Assembly: GCA_963700285.1 (NCBI GenBank)
Contig: CAVOXA010000006.1
Location: forward strand, 96,001-160,000
Length of the DNA: 64,000 nt
Origin: an uncultured Chloroflexia bacterium
GTDB taxonomy: Bacteria > Chloroflexota > Anaerolineae > JAAYZQ01
Reading direction: 5' to 3'
Below, piece after piece: positions 19,010 through 27,968 of the stretch; position 1 is the stretch's first letter; each line of letters opens with the position of its first letter. Below the pieces are notes generated by a model. That model made no database searches. It saw only the letters and a list, made by a program, of their open reading frames with translations, and had not been told where the DNA came from. A program made the position numbers and the translations under genes.

Positions 19010-19663
19010 GTGAGCACAGCGGAGCGACGAGCCCGTGACAAAGCTCGGCGCCGCCGGGAGATCCTTCAAGCCGCCCGGCTCGAGTTCTTTGAGCGCGGGT
19101 TTCACGATCCTACCGTGGACGACGTGGCGGCCCGGGCCCAGGTCAGCAAAGGCACCATCTACCTGTATTTTGTGAGCAAGGAGGAGATCCTTGCTCATTT
19201 GCTTTTGGAGGGCCTGGACCTGCTCCTGAACGACATGGAGGCCGCCCGCGAGCGCCAGCCTCCCCTGCCGCCCGAGCCCGCCCTGCGGTCCATGGCCGTC
19301 GCCTATCTGAGGTTCTGCCAGTCACATCCCAACTACTTCCGGCTTATCATGGCCTTTGATCGGGGACGATTCGAAGAATCGATCTCCGCCAAGCTGTACC
19401 AGCAGGTGCTGGATCAGAGCCTGCTGGGGCTCGAATTGGTGGCGCAGACCATCGAGGCCGGGTCGCTGTCCGGGACCTTCCGCACGGCCGATCCATGGCA
19501 GGCTGCCGGTTCCACTTGGGCCGCCCTGAACGGCGTCTTGGTCCTCATGGCCCACCCCTTGCGCCGGCAGCTGCTCAAGACCGATCTGGAAACCATGTTT
19601 CTGGCCACCCTGGACCTGGTGGTCACGGGGCTCAAGGCGGACCTTGGGGCGCCGTCAGGATAA
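19010..19663 (+). CDS. TetR family regulator of the beta-oxidation operon
   Basis: EILQAARLEFFERGF..VSKGTIYLYFVSKEEI. Confidence 0.93.
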   Translation: MSTAERRARDKARRRREILQAARLEFFERGFHDPTVDDVAARAQVSKGTIYLYFVSKEEILAHLLLEGLDLLLNDMEAARERQPPLPPEPALRSMAVAYLRFCQSHPNYFRLIMAFDRGRFEESISAKLYQQVLDQSLLGLELVAQTIEAGSLSGTFRTADPWQAAGSTWAALNGVLVLMAHPLRRQLLKTDLETMFLATLDLVVTGLKADLGAPSG

Positions 19664-19684
19664 TCTCAGCAAGGAGGAGGGTAC

Positions 19685-20884
19685 ATGGAAAAAGTTGTCA
19701 TCGTCGGAGGCGTGCGGACGCCCATCGGCAGCCATGGGGGAGCCTTTCGCACACTCACAGCACAACACCTGGCCAGCCTTGTATTTCGAGAAGTGGTCAA
19801 CCGCGTTGGCATCGACGCCAACATCCTGGACGACGTGATCCTGGGCTGCATCGGCCAGCAGAGCGACGCGCCCAACATTGGCCGGGTGGCGGGCTTGCTG
19901 GCCGGCATTCCGGTACACGTGCCCGGCTACACCGTACAGCGCAACTGCGTGTCAGGCATGGTGGCCATCACCTCCGCCTGCCAGGCCATCCAGGCCGGCG
20001 ACGGCCAGGCTTTCCTCTGCGGCGGCGTCGAAAGCATGAGCACCTCGCCCTACGTCGTGCGTGGGGCCCGCTGGGGGCTCAAGCTGCGCCACGACACTTT
20101 TGTCGACACCCTGTGGGAAGGGCTGACCGATCCGGTCTGCGGCCTGATGATGGGCGCCACGGCGGAGAACCTGGCCATGATGTACAACATCAGCCAGCAG
20201 GAGCAGGACAAGTTCGCCGTCATGAGCCACAAGAAGGCATTCCGCGCGACGCGCATGGGTCGTTTTCGCGACGAGATTGTACCGGTACGGGTGAGCAAAA
20301 AGGTAGCCGGCCAGGAAGTCGCCTACGAGGACATTGTCCAGGACGAGTGCATCAACCCCACGCTCAATGAGCGCAAGGCCGCCTTGTATCCCACCGTCTT
20401 TAAGAAAGGCGGCTCGGTGACGCCGGCTAACGCCTGCCCCATCAGCGATGGGGCTGCGGCAGTCGTCGTCATGACCGCCGGCCGGGCCGAGGCGTTGGGG
20501 CTGGAACCACTGGCCAGCATCCGAAGCTATGCCTATGCCGCCCTTCCGCCAGAGATCATGGGCCTGGGACCGGCGGTCTCGGTACCCAAGGCGCTGCAGA
20601 AGGCCGGCCTCAAACTGGAGGACATCGACCTCATCGAACTGAACGAGGCATTTGCCGCCCAGGCCATTGCGGTGGGCATGGAACTGGAGAGCCAGGGGTG
20701 GGATTGGAACAAGGTGAACGTCAACGGCGGCGCCATCGCCCTGGGGCACCCGGTGGGCTGCACCGGCGCGCGGATCATGGTCACCCTGCTCAACGAGATG
20801 ATCAAGCGGGACGTGGCCCTGGGCCTGATTGCAGCCTGCGTGGGCGGCGGCATGGGCGGTACCATCATCGTCGAGCGGACATAG
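19685..20884 (+). CDS. Acetyl-CoA C-acyltransferase (thiolase)
   Basis: NCVSG catalytic Cys, NEAFA, GGAIALGHP, CVGGGMG. Confidence 0.96.
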   Translation: MEKVVIVGGVRTPIGSHGGAFRTLTAQHLASLVFREVVNRVGIDANILDDVILGCIGQQSDAPNIGRVAGLLAGIPVHVPGYTVQRNCVSGMVAITSACQAIQAGDGQAFLCGGVESMSTSPYVVRGARWGLKLRHDTFVDTLWEGLTDPVCGLMMGATAENLAMMYNISQQEQDKFAVMSHKKAFRATRMGRFRDEIVPVRVSKKVAGQEVAYEDIVQDECINPTLNERKAALYPTVFKKGGSVTPANACPISDGAAAVVVMTAGRAEALGLEPLASIRSYAYAALPPEIMGLGPAVSVPKALQKAGLKLEDIDLIELNEAFAAQAIAVGMELESQGWDWNKVNVNGGAIALGHPVGCTGARIMVTLLNEMIKRDVALGLIAACVGGGMGGTIIVERT

Positions 20885-20894
20885 GGGGTGGGGG

Positions 20895-21155
20895 ATGGCA
20901 GACGTTGCAATGTGGCAGGACAAGCAGGTGCGAGCCGCCTTTGAAGCCAAGGCCCGGGCGCGCCTGGATGAGCTTCAGGGCGAAATAGAGGGCAAGGAAG
21001 GTATCGTGGCCATCGAGCCGGAGAGCGGCGACTTTGTTATCGGAGACACACTTTGCCAGGCAAACGCGGCCGCGTTTGTCCGCTACCCCGACACGTGGCT
21101 TTATTTCGCCCGGCTGGACAATACCGAGGCGGCCATCGCCCTGCCAACGTGGTAG
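20895..21155 (+). CDS. Small hypothetical protein (86 aa)
   Basis: ATG 20895; IVAIEPESGDFVIG...YPDTWLYFARL. Confidence 0.6.
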   Translation: MADVAMWQDKQVRAAFEAKARARLDELQGEIEGKEGIVAIEPESGDFVIGDTLCQANAAAFVRYPDTWLYFARLDNTEAAIALPTW

Positions 21156-21281
21156 ACGGGACTCGACGTGGCGTTTGGGTTGTACGCTGAATATCTGATC
21201 CCTTGGGAGCCAAGTGGGACGTGTTGCGTGTTGCGTACTTTGTTCAGGCTCACCTACTAGAAAGCAGATAGGGAGGACAGC

Positions 21282-22526
21282 ATGTGGATTTTCAAGGTAG
21301 GCGTGGTCGGCGCCGGGGCTATGGGCGGTGGGATCGGCCAGGTGGTCACCTACGCCGGGCTGCCTGTGGTGATCAAGGATATTGACCAGGGCCAGCTCGA
21401 CGTGGCCCGCAAGCACGTCGAGGGCATCTACCAGAGCCGTGTCGACAAGGGCAAAATGACCGCCGGCCAGGTCCAGGAAAAGCTGGACCTCGTCGAGTAT
21501 ACGCTGGATTACGATGACTTTGCCGACGTGGACATTGTCATCGAGGCCGTTCCCGAGGTGATGGAGATCAAACAGCGGGTGTTCCGAGAGCTAGACGGAA
21601 TCTGTCCGCCGGACACCATCTTTGCCTCCAACACCTCGGCCCTGTCCATCACCGAAATCGGCGCGGCCACCGGCCGCCCACAGCGGATGATCGGCATGCA
21701 CTTTTTCAACCCGGCCCACGTCATGAAACTCGTAGAGATCATCCCCGGGGCCGATACGGACCAGGACACCCTGGACACGGTAGAGCAGTTTGCCCAGGAA
21801 CTGCGCAAGATCCCCGTCATCGTCCAAGAATGCCCAGGATTCCTTGTGAACCGCCTGCTAATGCCCTACCTGAACGAGGCGGCCCTCACCGTGGAACAGG
21901 GCGCGGCCAGCGCCCAGGAGGTGGACGAAGCCATGGGGCGCGGCGGCTTTGGCTGGCCCATGGGCCCCTTTTTCCTGATGGACATGCTGGGCATCGACGT
22001 CTGCACCCACGTTGGCGAATACCTTTATTCCCAATACGGGGATCGGGTCGCGCCGGCCAAGCTCTTCCGCGAGTTGTTGACAGCGGGCCGTCTTGGTGAA
22101 AAATCGGGCGCAGGCTTTTATGTCTACTCCAGTCCCGACGCTGAGCCTCTGGAGGAGATCGTCCAACGCATGCAGGACACCGGCGAGGTCGAGACCGGTT
22201 CCGCCTACAGCCCGGAGCGCCTGATCATGCCCTTTCTCAACGAAGCAGCCCTCTGTGTGGAGGAAGAGATCGCCAACGTCAACGACATCGACATGGCTTG
22301 CATCGCCGGGCTTGGCATGCAGGTGGCTCAAGACGGCGAACTCGTGCGCATGGGCCCGCTGGAGTACATGGACGAGCTGGGCCTGGATGCCGTTCTGGAA
22401 AAGTTGGAGGAGCTGGAGGCGGAGCTGGGTTCGCGCTTCCACCCCGTCGACATCCTGATCCAGAAGGTGCGCGCCGGGCATCTGGGGAAAAAGACCGGGC
22501 TGGGGTTCAAGGAGTATAGTGTGTAG
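21282..22526 (+). CDS. 3-hydroxyacyl-CoA dehydrogenase with duplicated C-terminal domain
   Basis: GAGAMG, IEAVPE, SNTS, GMHFFNP, GFLVNR; second GP..D..GLD / LGKKTG.GF repeat. Confidence 0.95.
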   Translation: MWIFKVGVVGAGAMGGGIGQVVTYAGLPVVIKDIDQGQLDVARKHVEGIYQSRVDKGKMTAGQVQEKLDLVEYTLDYDDFADVDIVIEAVPEVMEIKQRVFRELDGICPPDTIFASNTSALSITEIGAATGRPQRMIGMHFFNPAHVMKLVEIIPGADTDQDTLDTVEQFAQELRKIPVIVQECPGFLVNRLLMPYLNEAALTVEQGAASAQEVDEAMGRGGFGWPMGPFFLMDMLGIDVCTHVGEYLYSQYGDRVAPAKLFRELLTAGRLGEKSGAGFYVYSSPDAEPLEEIVQRMQDTGEVETGSAYSPERLIMPFLNEAALCVEEEIANVNDIDMACIAGLGMQVAQDGELVRMGPLEYMDELGLDAVLEKLEELEAELGSRFHPVDILIQKVRAGHLGKKTGLGFKEYSV

Positions 22527-22604
22527 GTCGTGGTACGTGTATCGCAGCGCGCAACTCGTGGTACGTGGTGCGTGTTGCGTGGTGCGTCTGAAAAGGAGAG
22601 AAGC

Positions 22605-23390
22605 GTGAGCGACTACCAGAACGTCAAATGGAACATCGAGGGGCGTACCGGGATCATTACCATCGATCACCCGCCGGCCAATGCCCTGGACCGTCAGACC
22701 GTAGAAGAACTGTCGGCCCTGTTTTCCACAGCGATGGAGGAGGCCCAGGTCAAGGTGATCATTATCACCGGGGCGGGTCAGTTTTTTGGCGCCGGCGCCG
22801 ACATCAACGAGATTGTCGAGCTCAAGGCCTACGATCAGGCCTACGAAATCGTGCGCGAGGGGCAGGTGTTCTTCTCAAGGATCGAAAAGGCGCCCAAGCC
22901 CGTGATCGCTGCCATCAACGGCCGCTTTTGCCTGGGCGGCCTGAACGAACTGGCCATGGCCTGCCATCTCCGGCTGGCAGAGGACAGCGTGCAATTTGGC
23001 CAGCCGGAGATCAAGCTGGGCATCATGCCCGGCTTTGGGGGAACGCAGAGGCTGCCCCGCCTGGTGGGCAAGGGCAGGGCCCTGGAGATCCTGCTCGGCG
23101 GCGGCAATATCAAGGCCCAGGAAGCCTATCGTATCGGCCTGGTGAACAAGGTGGTTCCGGTTGGTACCGTGCTCCGGGAGGCCAAGCGCTGGGCCAAGGC
23201 TCTGTCCATGTGGGGCGGCGTGGCCATGGCCACCATCCTCCAGGCTGTGAATGAAGGGCTGGAGATGACACTGGACGAGGGGCTGGAGCGGGAGGCAGAG
23301 CTTTTTGCCGGCCTGACGGATACCGAGGACATGTACGAGGGCCTGGCCGCGTTCCTGGAAAAGCGCCGGCCCCAGTTTCAGGACAAGTAA
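22605..23390 (+). CDS. Enoyl-CoA hydratase (crotonase)
   Basis: FGAGADI, AAING..LGG.NELAMAC, FGQPEIKLGIMPGFGGTQRL; GTG after AAGGAG. Confidence 0.95.
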   Translation: MSDYQNVKWNIEGRTGIITIDHPPANALDRQTVEELSALFSTAMEEAQVKVIIITGAGQFFGAGADINEIVELKAYDQAYEIVREGQVFFSRIEKAPKPVIAAINGRFCLGGLNELAMACHLRLAEDSVQFGQPEIKLGIMPGFGGTQRLPRLVGKGRALEILLGGGNIKAQEAYRIGLVNKVVPVGTVLREAKRWAKALSMWGGVAMATILQAVNEGLEMTLDEGLEREAELFAGLTDTEDMYEGLAAFLEKRRPQFQDK

Positions 23391-23496
23391 CGGGCACAGG
23401 TAGGGGACTTGCAGGCTTGTTGCCGCCGGCCACGGGCTGGCTGCGAGCACCGAGGAAGCGGAGTCAGGGCGAGGGCTCCAGCGCAAGGAGGGACCC

Positions 23497-24645
23497 GTGG
23501 ATTTTACCTTGAACGAAGACCAACAGATGTTCCGCAAGATGTTTGTCGATTTTTGTACCAAGGAGATCCGGCCCCAGGGCGAGCAGATCGACCAGAGCGA
23601 GGAGCCGCCCCTCGACCTCCTAGACAAGGCCGTCGATCAGGGATTCTGGGCGGCCCTTGTCCCTGAAGAGCTGGACGGTGCGGGCCTCGACGTCTACACC
23701 TATATGCTCATGCTGGAAGAGCTGGCCCGGGCGGACCTATCCACGGCCATGATCCTCAGCGTACACAACAGCCTGGTGGTAAAGCCGCTTCTGGAACATG
23801 GCAGCGAGAGCCAGAAAGACTACTACCTGGAGGCGCTGGCCTTTGGCACAATGCTGGGCGCCTTTGCCCTGACCGAGCCGGGAGCGGGTTCGGACGCTTT
23901 GGCTATTCAGGCCACAGCCAGCCGGCAGAACGGCGACTATTCGCTGGACGGGACCAAGATCTGGGTCTGCAATGGCGCCCATGCCGGCCTCATCCTGCTC
24001 ATCGCCCGGGCCGAGGGCGGCGCGACTGCCTTTCTGCTCGAAGCGGGCATGCCCGGCCTGAAAATCGGCTATCGAGAGAAAACGCTGGGCTTGCGGGGCG
24101 TATCCTGCAACACCCTGTACCTGGACGCCGTGCGGGTGCCGGCTGCCAATCGCCTGGGCGAGGAGGGACAGGGCCTGACCATCGCCTGCCAGGCGCTGGA
24201 CCTGAGCCGGCTGGGCATGGCGGCCCTGGCGCTGGGCGCCTCGGAACGCGCCCTGGAGGAAGCCGTGCAGTTCTCCCTGGAGCACGTGCAATTCGGTGTA
24301 CCCATTGCCCAGAAGCAAGCGATCCAGAACTATGTCGCCGATGCCAAGGTCCAGATCGAGGCCCTGCGCTGCCTGGTGGCTCACACCGCCTGGCTGGCCC
24401 AGTCGGGACAGGCTTTCTCGGTCCAGGCGTCCATCGCCAAACTGTTTGGCTCTCGAACCGCCCGCGCCATCACCGACAGGATGCTCCAGGTTCACGGCGG
24501 CTACGGCTACATGAAAGAGTATGCCATCGAACGCTACTACCGCGACTGCCGCGCCCTGGAGATCGTAGAAGGCTCCAGCCAGATCCAGCAGTTCCTCATT
24601 GCCCGCGACCTGTACCGAGCCGAGGGGCTAGAGATCAAGCCCTAG
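23497..24645 (+). CDS. Acyl-CoA dehydrogenase
   Basis: AFALTEPGAGSD, GTKIWVCNG, QVHGGYGY, IVEGSSQIQ. Confidence 0.95.
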   Translation: MDFTLNEDQQMFRKMFVDFCTKEIRPQGEQIDQSEEPPLDLLDKAVDQGFWAALVPEELDGAGLDVYTYMLMLEELARADLSTAMILSVHNSLVVKPLLEHGSESQKDYYLEALAFGTMLGAFALTEPGAGSDALAIQATASRQNGDYSLDGTKIWVCNGAHAGLILLIARAEGGATAFLLEAGMPGLKIGYREKTLGLRGVSCNTLYLDAVRVPAANRLGEEGQGLTIACQALDLSRLGMAALALGASERALEEAVQFSLEHVQFGVPIAQKQAIQNYVADAKVQIEALRCLVAHTAWLAQSGQAFSVQASIAKLFGSRTARAITDRMLQVHGGYGYMKEYAIERYYRDCRALEIVEGSSQIQQFLIARDLYRAEGLEIKP

Positions 24646-24682
24646 AGCAAGCCAGCAGGCAGATTCAGAAGGAGCCGGGACC

Positions 24683-25849
24683 ATGGATTTCTCATTCCCG
24701 AAAGAGTACGAGCTTTTCCGCCGCATGGTGCGCCGCTTTGCGGAGAACGAGGTCAAGCCCCTGGCCAAGACAATCGACCGCGAGCACCGCGTACCCCACG
24801 AAACCATCGCCAAGGCCGCCAGCCTGGGCCTGATGGGCGTACCCTTTCCCCAGGAATACGGCGGCATGGGCGGAGGCGAGATCGGCTACTGCATCCTGGC
24901 CGAGGAACTGGGCCGCGCCTGCAGCAGCACAGCGACCGTCATCGGCGCCCACATCGGCATCGCCGCCATGGCCATCTACCTGGACGGTACCGAAGAACAG
25001 AAACAGCGCTACCTGGTACCGATGGCCCAGGGCACGGCCATCGGCGCTTTTGGACTCACCGAAGCGGAGGCCGGCTCCGATGCGGCGGCCATCAAGACTA
25101 CAGCCGTGCGCGATGGCGACCACTTTGTCCTCAACGGGGCCAAGGTATTCATCACCAACGGCGACATTGCCAGCGTCATCGTCATCATGGCCGTCACCGA
25201 CCCGGCGCTGGGCGCCTACGGCGGGATCACCGCCTTTATCGTCGACTGCGATGCGCCGGGGTACAGCATCGGCAGTCTGGAGAACAAGATGGGCATCCGG
25301 GGCAGCTCGACCGCCGAGTGCGTCCTGCAGGACGTGCGGGTGCCGGCGGGCAATGTGCTGGGCCAGTTTGGCGCCGGGTTCCTGACCTTTATGAAGTCAT
25401 TGGATATCGGGCGCGCGAGTCTGGGAGCGGCTGCCCTGGGAGGCGCCCAGGCCGCCCTGGAGGCCAGCATCCAGTGGGCAATGGCGCGTGAGCAGTTTGG
25501 GGCGCCCGTGGCCACCAGACAGTCGGTGCACTTTATGATCGCCGACATGGCCGCCGAGATCGAGGCCCTGCGCTCGCTCGTCTACCGTACCGCCTGGTTG
25601 ATCGACACGGGCCAGCCGCATGTCCTGGAAGCGGCGGCCTGCAAGCTCTTTGGATCCGAGGTCTCACACCGGGCCATTGACAGCGCCCTGCAGATCCACG
25701 GCGCGCTTGGCTACAGCCGCGATCACTGGATCGAGCTTGCCTGGCGCGACCAGCGCATTACCGAGATCTATGAGGGCACCAACGAGATCCAGCGGATCGT
25801 GATTGCCGCCAATCTGTTCCGGCCAGAAGGCCTGCGCATCCCTACATAA
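24683..25849 (+). CDS. Acyl-CoA dehydrogenase (second)
   Basis: AFGLTEAEAGSD, GAKVFITNG, KMGIRGS, IYEGTNEIQ. Confidence 0.95.
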   Translation: MDFSFPKEYELFRRMVRRFAENEVKPLAKTIDREHRVPHETIAKAASLGLMGVPFPQEYGGMGGGEIGYCILAEELGRACSSTATVIGAHIGIAAMAIYLDGTEEQKQRYLVPMAQGTAIGAFGLTEAEAGSDAAAIKTTAVRDGDHFVLNGAKVFITNGDIASVIVIMAVTDPALGAYGGITAFIVDCDAPGYSIGSLENKMGIRGSSTAECVLQDVRVPAGNVLGQFGAGFLTFMKSLDIGRASLGAAALGGAQAALEASIQWAMAREQFGAPVATRQSVHFMIADMAAEIEALRSLVYRTAWLIDTGQPHVLEAAACKLFGSEVSHRAIDSALQIHGALGYSRDHWIELAWRDQRITEIYEGTNEIQRIVIAANLFRPEGLRIPT

Positions 25850-25878
25850 CCAGCGCGAGTTCGAAGGAGGGCGGGCAT

Positions 25879-26682
25879 ATGAGAATCGTCGTTCCCATCA
25901 AACAGACCCTCGATCTCGGCGGGATCACCATCCGCCGCGACAAGGAACGCATCTTCATCAACCGTGAGGACTATATCATCGGCTCAGGCAGCAGCGCGGC
26001 GATAGAAGCGGCGCTGCGCATCAAGGACAAGCAGATGGGGGGAATTCAAGTCCTGGCCCTCAGCCTGGGCCCGGCTCGGATCGATGATGCCCTGCGCGAG
26101 GCCCTGGCCCTGGGCTGTGACGCTGCCTACCGCATAACCGACGAGGCTTTCCGGGAGGCGGACAGTTCAGCCACAGCGCGCATCCTGACCGCGGCCATAC
26201 AAGGGCTGGGCGGCGCAGACCTGATCGTTGCTGGCCGCGCATCGGGCGACACAGGTTCAGGCCAGCTCGGTCCGCGGCTGGCCGCAGCGCTGGGCTACAG
26301 CCAGGTGACGGATGTCTATGGCCTGCAGGTCGTGGAAAGCGAGATCCAGGCCATCAGACGCTGGCGTGGTCGTTTCGCCTCGGTGAGAAGCCCACTGCCG
26401 GCCGTGGTCACGGTGGCGCCGGAGGCGTTTCCCGCTCGCTATGCCCATGGCGCCCGCATCATGAACGCCTACCGCGAATGGGACGTTGCTATCTGGGATG
26501 CCCGCGATCTGGGCATGGACGACGCGGACCTGGAGCCGCTGCTGGTCGCCCGCGGCGAGAGCTACCCCCCACCGTTGGACACCGGGGAACAGTACCGTGG
26601 CGAGCCCGCAGCCATGGCGCAGGAAGTCGTCATGGCCTTGCGCTTGCAGCGGCTCTTCCAAGGAGCAGATCATGGACTTTAG
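25879..26682 (+). CDS. etfB: Electron transfer flavoprotein subunit beta (divergent)
   Basis: IVVPIKQ, REALALGCD, DLIVAGRASGDTGSGQLGP, LPAVVTV. Confidence 0.88.
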   Translation: MRIVVPIKQTLDLGGITIRRDKERIFINREDYIIGSGSSAAIEAALRIKDKQMGGIQVLALSLGPARIDDALREALALGCDAAYRITDEAFREADSSATARILTAAIQGLGGADLIVAGRASGDTGSGQLGPRLAAALGYSQVTDVYGLQVVESEIQAIRRWRGRFASVRSPLPAVVTVAPEAFPARYAHGARIMNAYREWDVAIWDARDLGMDDADLEPLLVARGESYPPPLDTGEQYRGEPAAMAQEVVMALRLQRLFQGADHGL

Positions 26683-27748
26683 CTATCTCGACGACTGGAC
26701 GGATGAGGAACCCGTCGCAGAGATCCAGGTTCTGGCCGAGGGCCATCGCCATATCTGGGTCCTGGCCGACGTAGAGGGGGGAGCCCTCCATCCCGCCGCA
26801 CTGGAAGCCATGGGCCAGGCGCGCGAATTGGCCGACCAGATCGGCGTCTATGTCTTTGGGCTGCTCCTGGGCGATGGCGTGGAAGCCCTGGGCGAGCCGC
26901 TTGTTCACAACGGCGCGGACAGGGTGCTCGTCGTCGACTGGCCGGAGCTGGCCCAGTACCAGCCAGGTACCTTTGCGCAGGTAGTGGCCATCCTGGTGGA
27001 GGAGCATCGCCCCGAGATCCTGCTGCTGCCCGCCACAGAGATGGGCAGCGACCTGGCGCCCAGGTTGGCCCAGCAACTGAGTACCGGCCTGATGAGCCAC
27101 TGCACGAAACTGGAGATGGACATGTCCGAGCGGCTGCTGCTGGGCACCTTTCCCGTTCTGGGAGGCGAGATGTACCACACGGTCGCCTGCCCCCAAGCCA
27201 GGCCCCAGATGGCCACCTTGCAGCCCGGCGCCTTTCCCCCGCCCTATCCGGACCCGTACCGTTCCGGCGATGTGCAGCGGGTGGACGTCGGTGCGGAGAC
27301 CTTTGCGGAAACACTCACCGGAAGTCTGACCTGGCTCTGCCTGGACGAGCCGTTCGACCTGCCGCCGACGCCTCTTTCCAAAGCCAACGTCGTCGTCGCC
27401 GCGGGGCGGGGCATGGGCGATGCCGGCGGCTTTGCCCTGGTGCAGCAACTGGCCGAGGCGCTGGGCGGCGCCGTCGCCGGCTCCCGGGGGGCCTTTGACG
27501 AGGGATGGATTGCTGAAGAGCAGATTGTGGGTGTGGGGGGCGCCTCCATTGCCCCCGACCTCTACGTAGCCTGTGGCCTGTCGGGCGACGTCTACCATAC
27601 CTTTGGCCTGCAGGGGACAAGGTTCGTCGTGGCCATCAACACCGACGAGAAGGCGCCCATCATGCAAAAGGCCAACCTGGCCGTGGTGGGCGATGCCCGG
27701 GAGGTGATCCCGGCCATGCTGGAGGCGCTGGGGCATTTCCGTTTGTAG
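26672..27748 (+). CDS. etfA: Electron transfer flavoprotein subunit alpha (divergent)
   Basis: DLAPRLA, RPQMAT, VVAAGRG, GSRGA, PDLYVACGLSG, VAINTD..API. Confidence 0.9.
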   Translation: MDFSYLDDWTDEEPVAEIQVLAEGHRHIWVLADVEGGALHPAALEAMGQARELADQIGVYVFGLLLGDGVEALGEPLVHNGADRVLVVDWPELAQYQPGTFAQVVAILVEEHRPEILLLPATEMGSDLAPRLAQQLSTGLMSHCTKLEMDMSERLLLGTFPVLGGEMYHTVACPQARPQMATLQPGAFPPPYPDPYRSGDVQRVDVGAETFAETLTGSLTWLCLDEPFDLPPTPLSKANVVVAAGRGMGDAGGFALVQQLAEALGGAVAGSRGAFDEGWIAEEQIVGVGGASIAPDLYVACGLSGDVYHTFGLQGTRFVVAINTDEKAPIMQKANLAVVGDAREVIPAMLEALGHFRL

Positions 27749-27888
27749 TGCGCACTTGGCGCTCTCTGGCGCTAAAGCGCCTACTACGAACCTGGCCGTC
27801 CTTGCCAAGGTCCCCCAGCGGTAGCCATTGATCGGCTATCACACCACAGCGCCTACTACGAACCTGGCCGTCCTTGCCAAGGTCCCCC
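27741..27888. repeat. Degenerate GTAG REP pair plus 41-bp direct duplication
   Basis: GTTTGTAGTGCGC...GGCGCTAAAGCGCCTACTACGAAC; AGCGCCTACTACGAACCTGGCCGTCCTTGCCAAGGTCCCCC at 27776 and 27848. Confidence 0.8.
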
Positions 27889-27902
27889 TGCTGTGCTATG
27901 AT
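27874..27902 (+). promoter_or_regulatory. Sigma70-type promoter for threonine dehydratase
   Basis: TTGCCA-17-TATGAT with extended TG. Confidence 0.6.
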
Positions 27903-27968
27903 TGGGTCGCAGCCAGGCGAGGAATGGCAGCAATCCTACCCACAAGGAACAAGGAAGTAGAGTCCGGA

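Noticed and set aside
18327-19038. ORFs across the 18.7-18.9 kb intergenic region
   Set aside because: Translations (WIPACAGMT, DSRLRGND) are read-outs of the palindromic repeat
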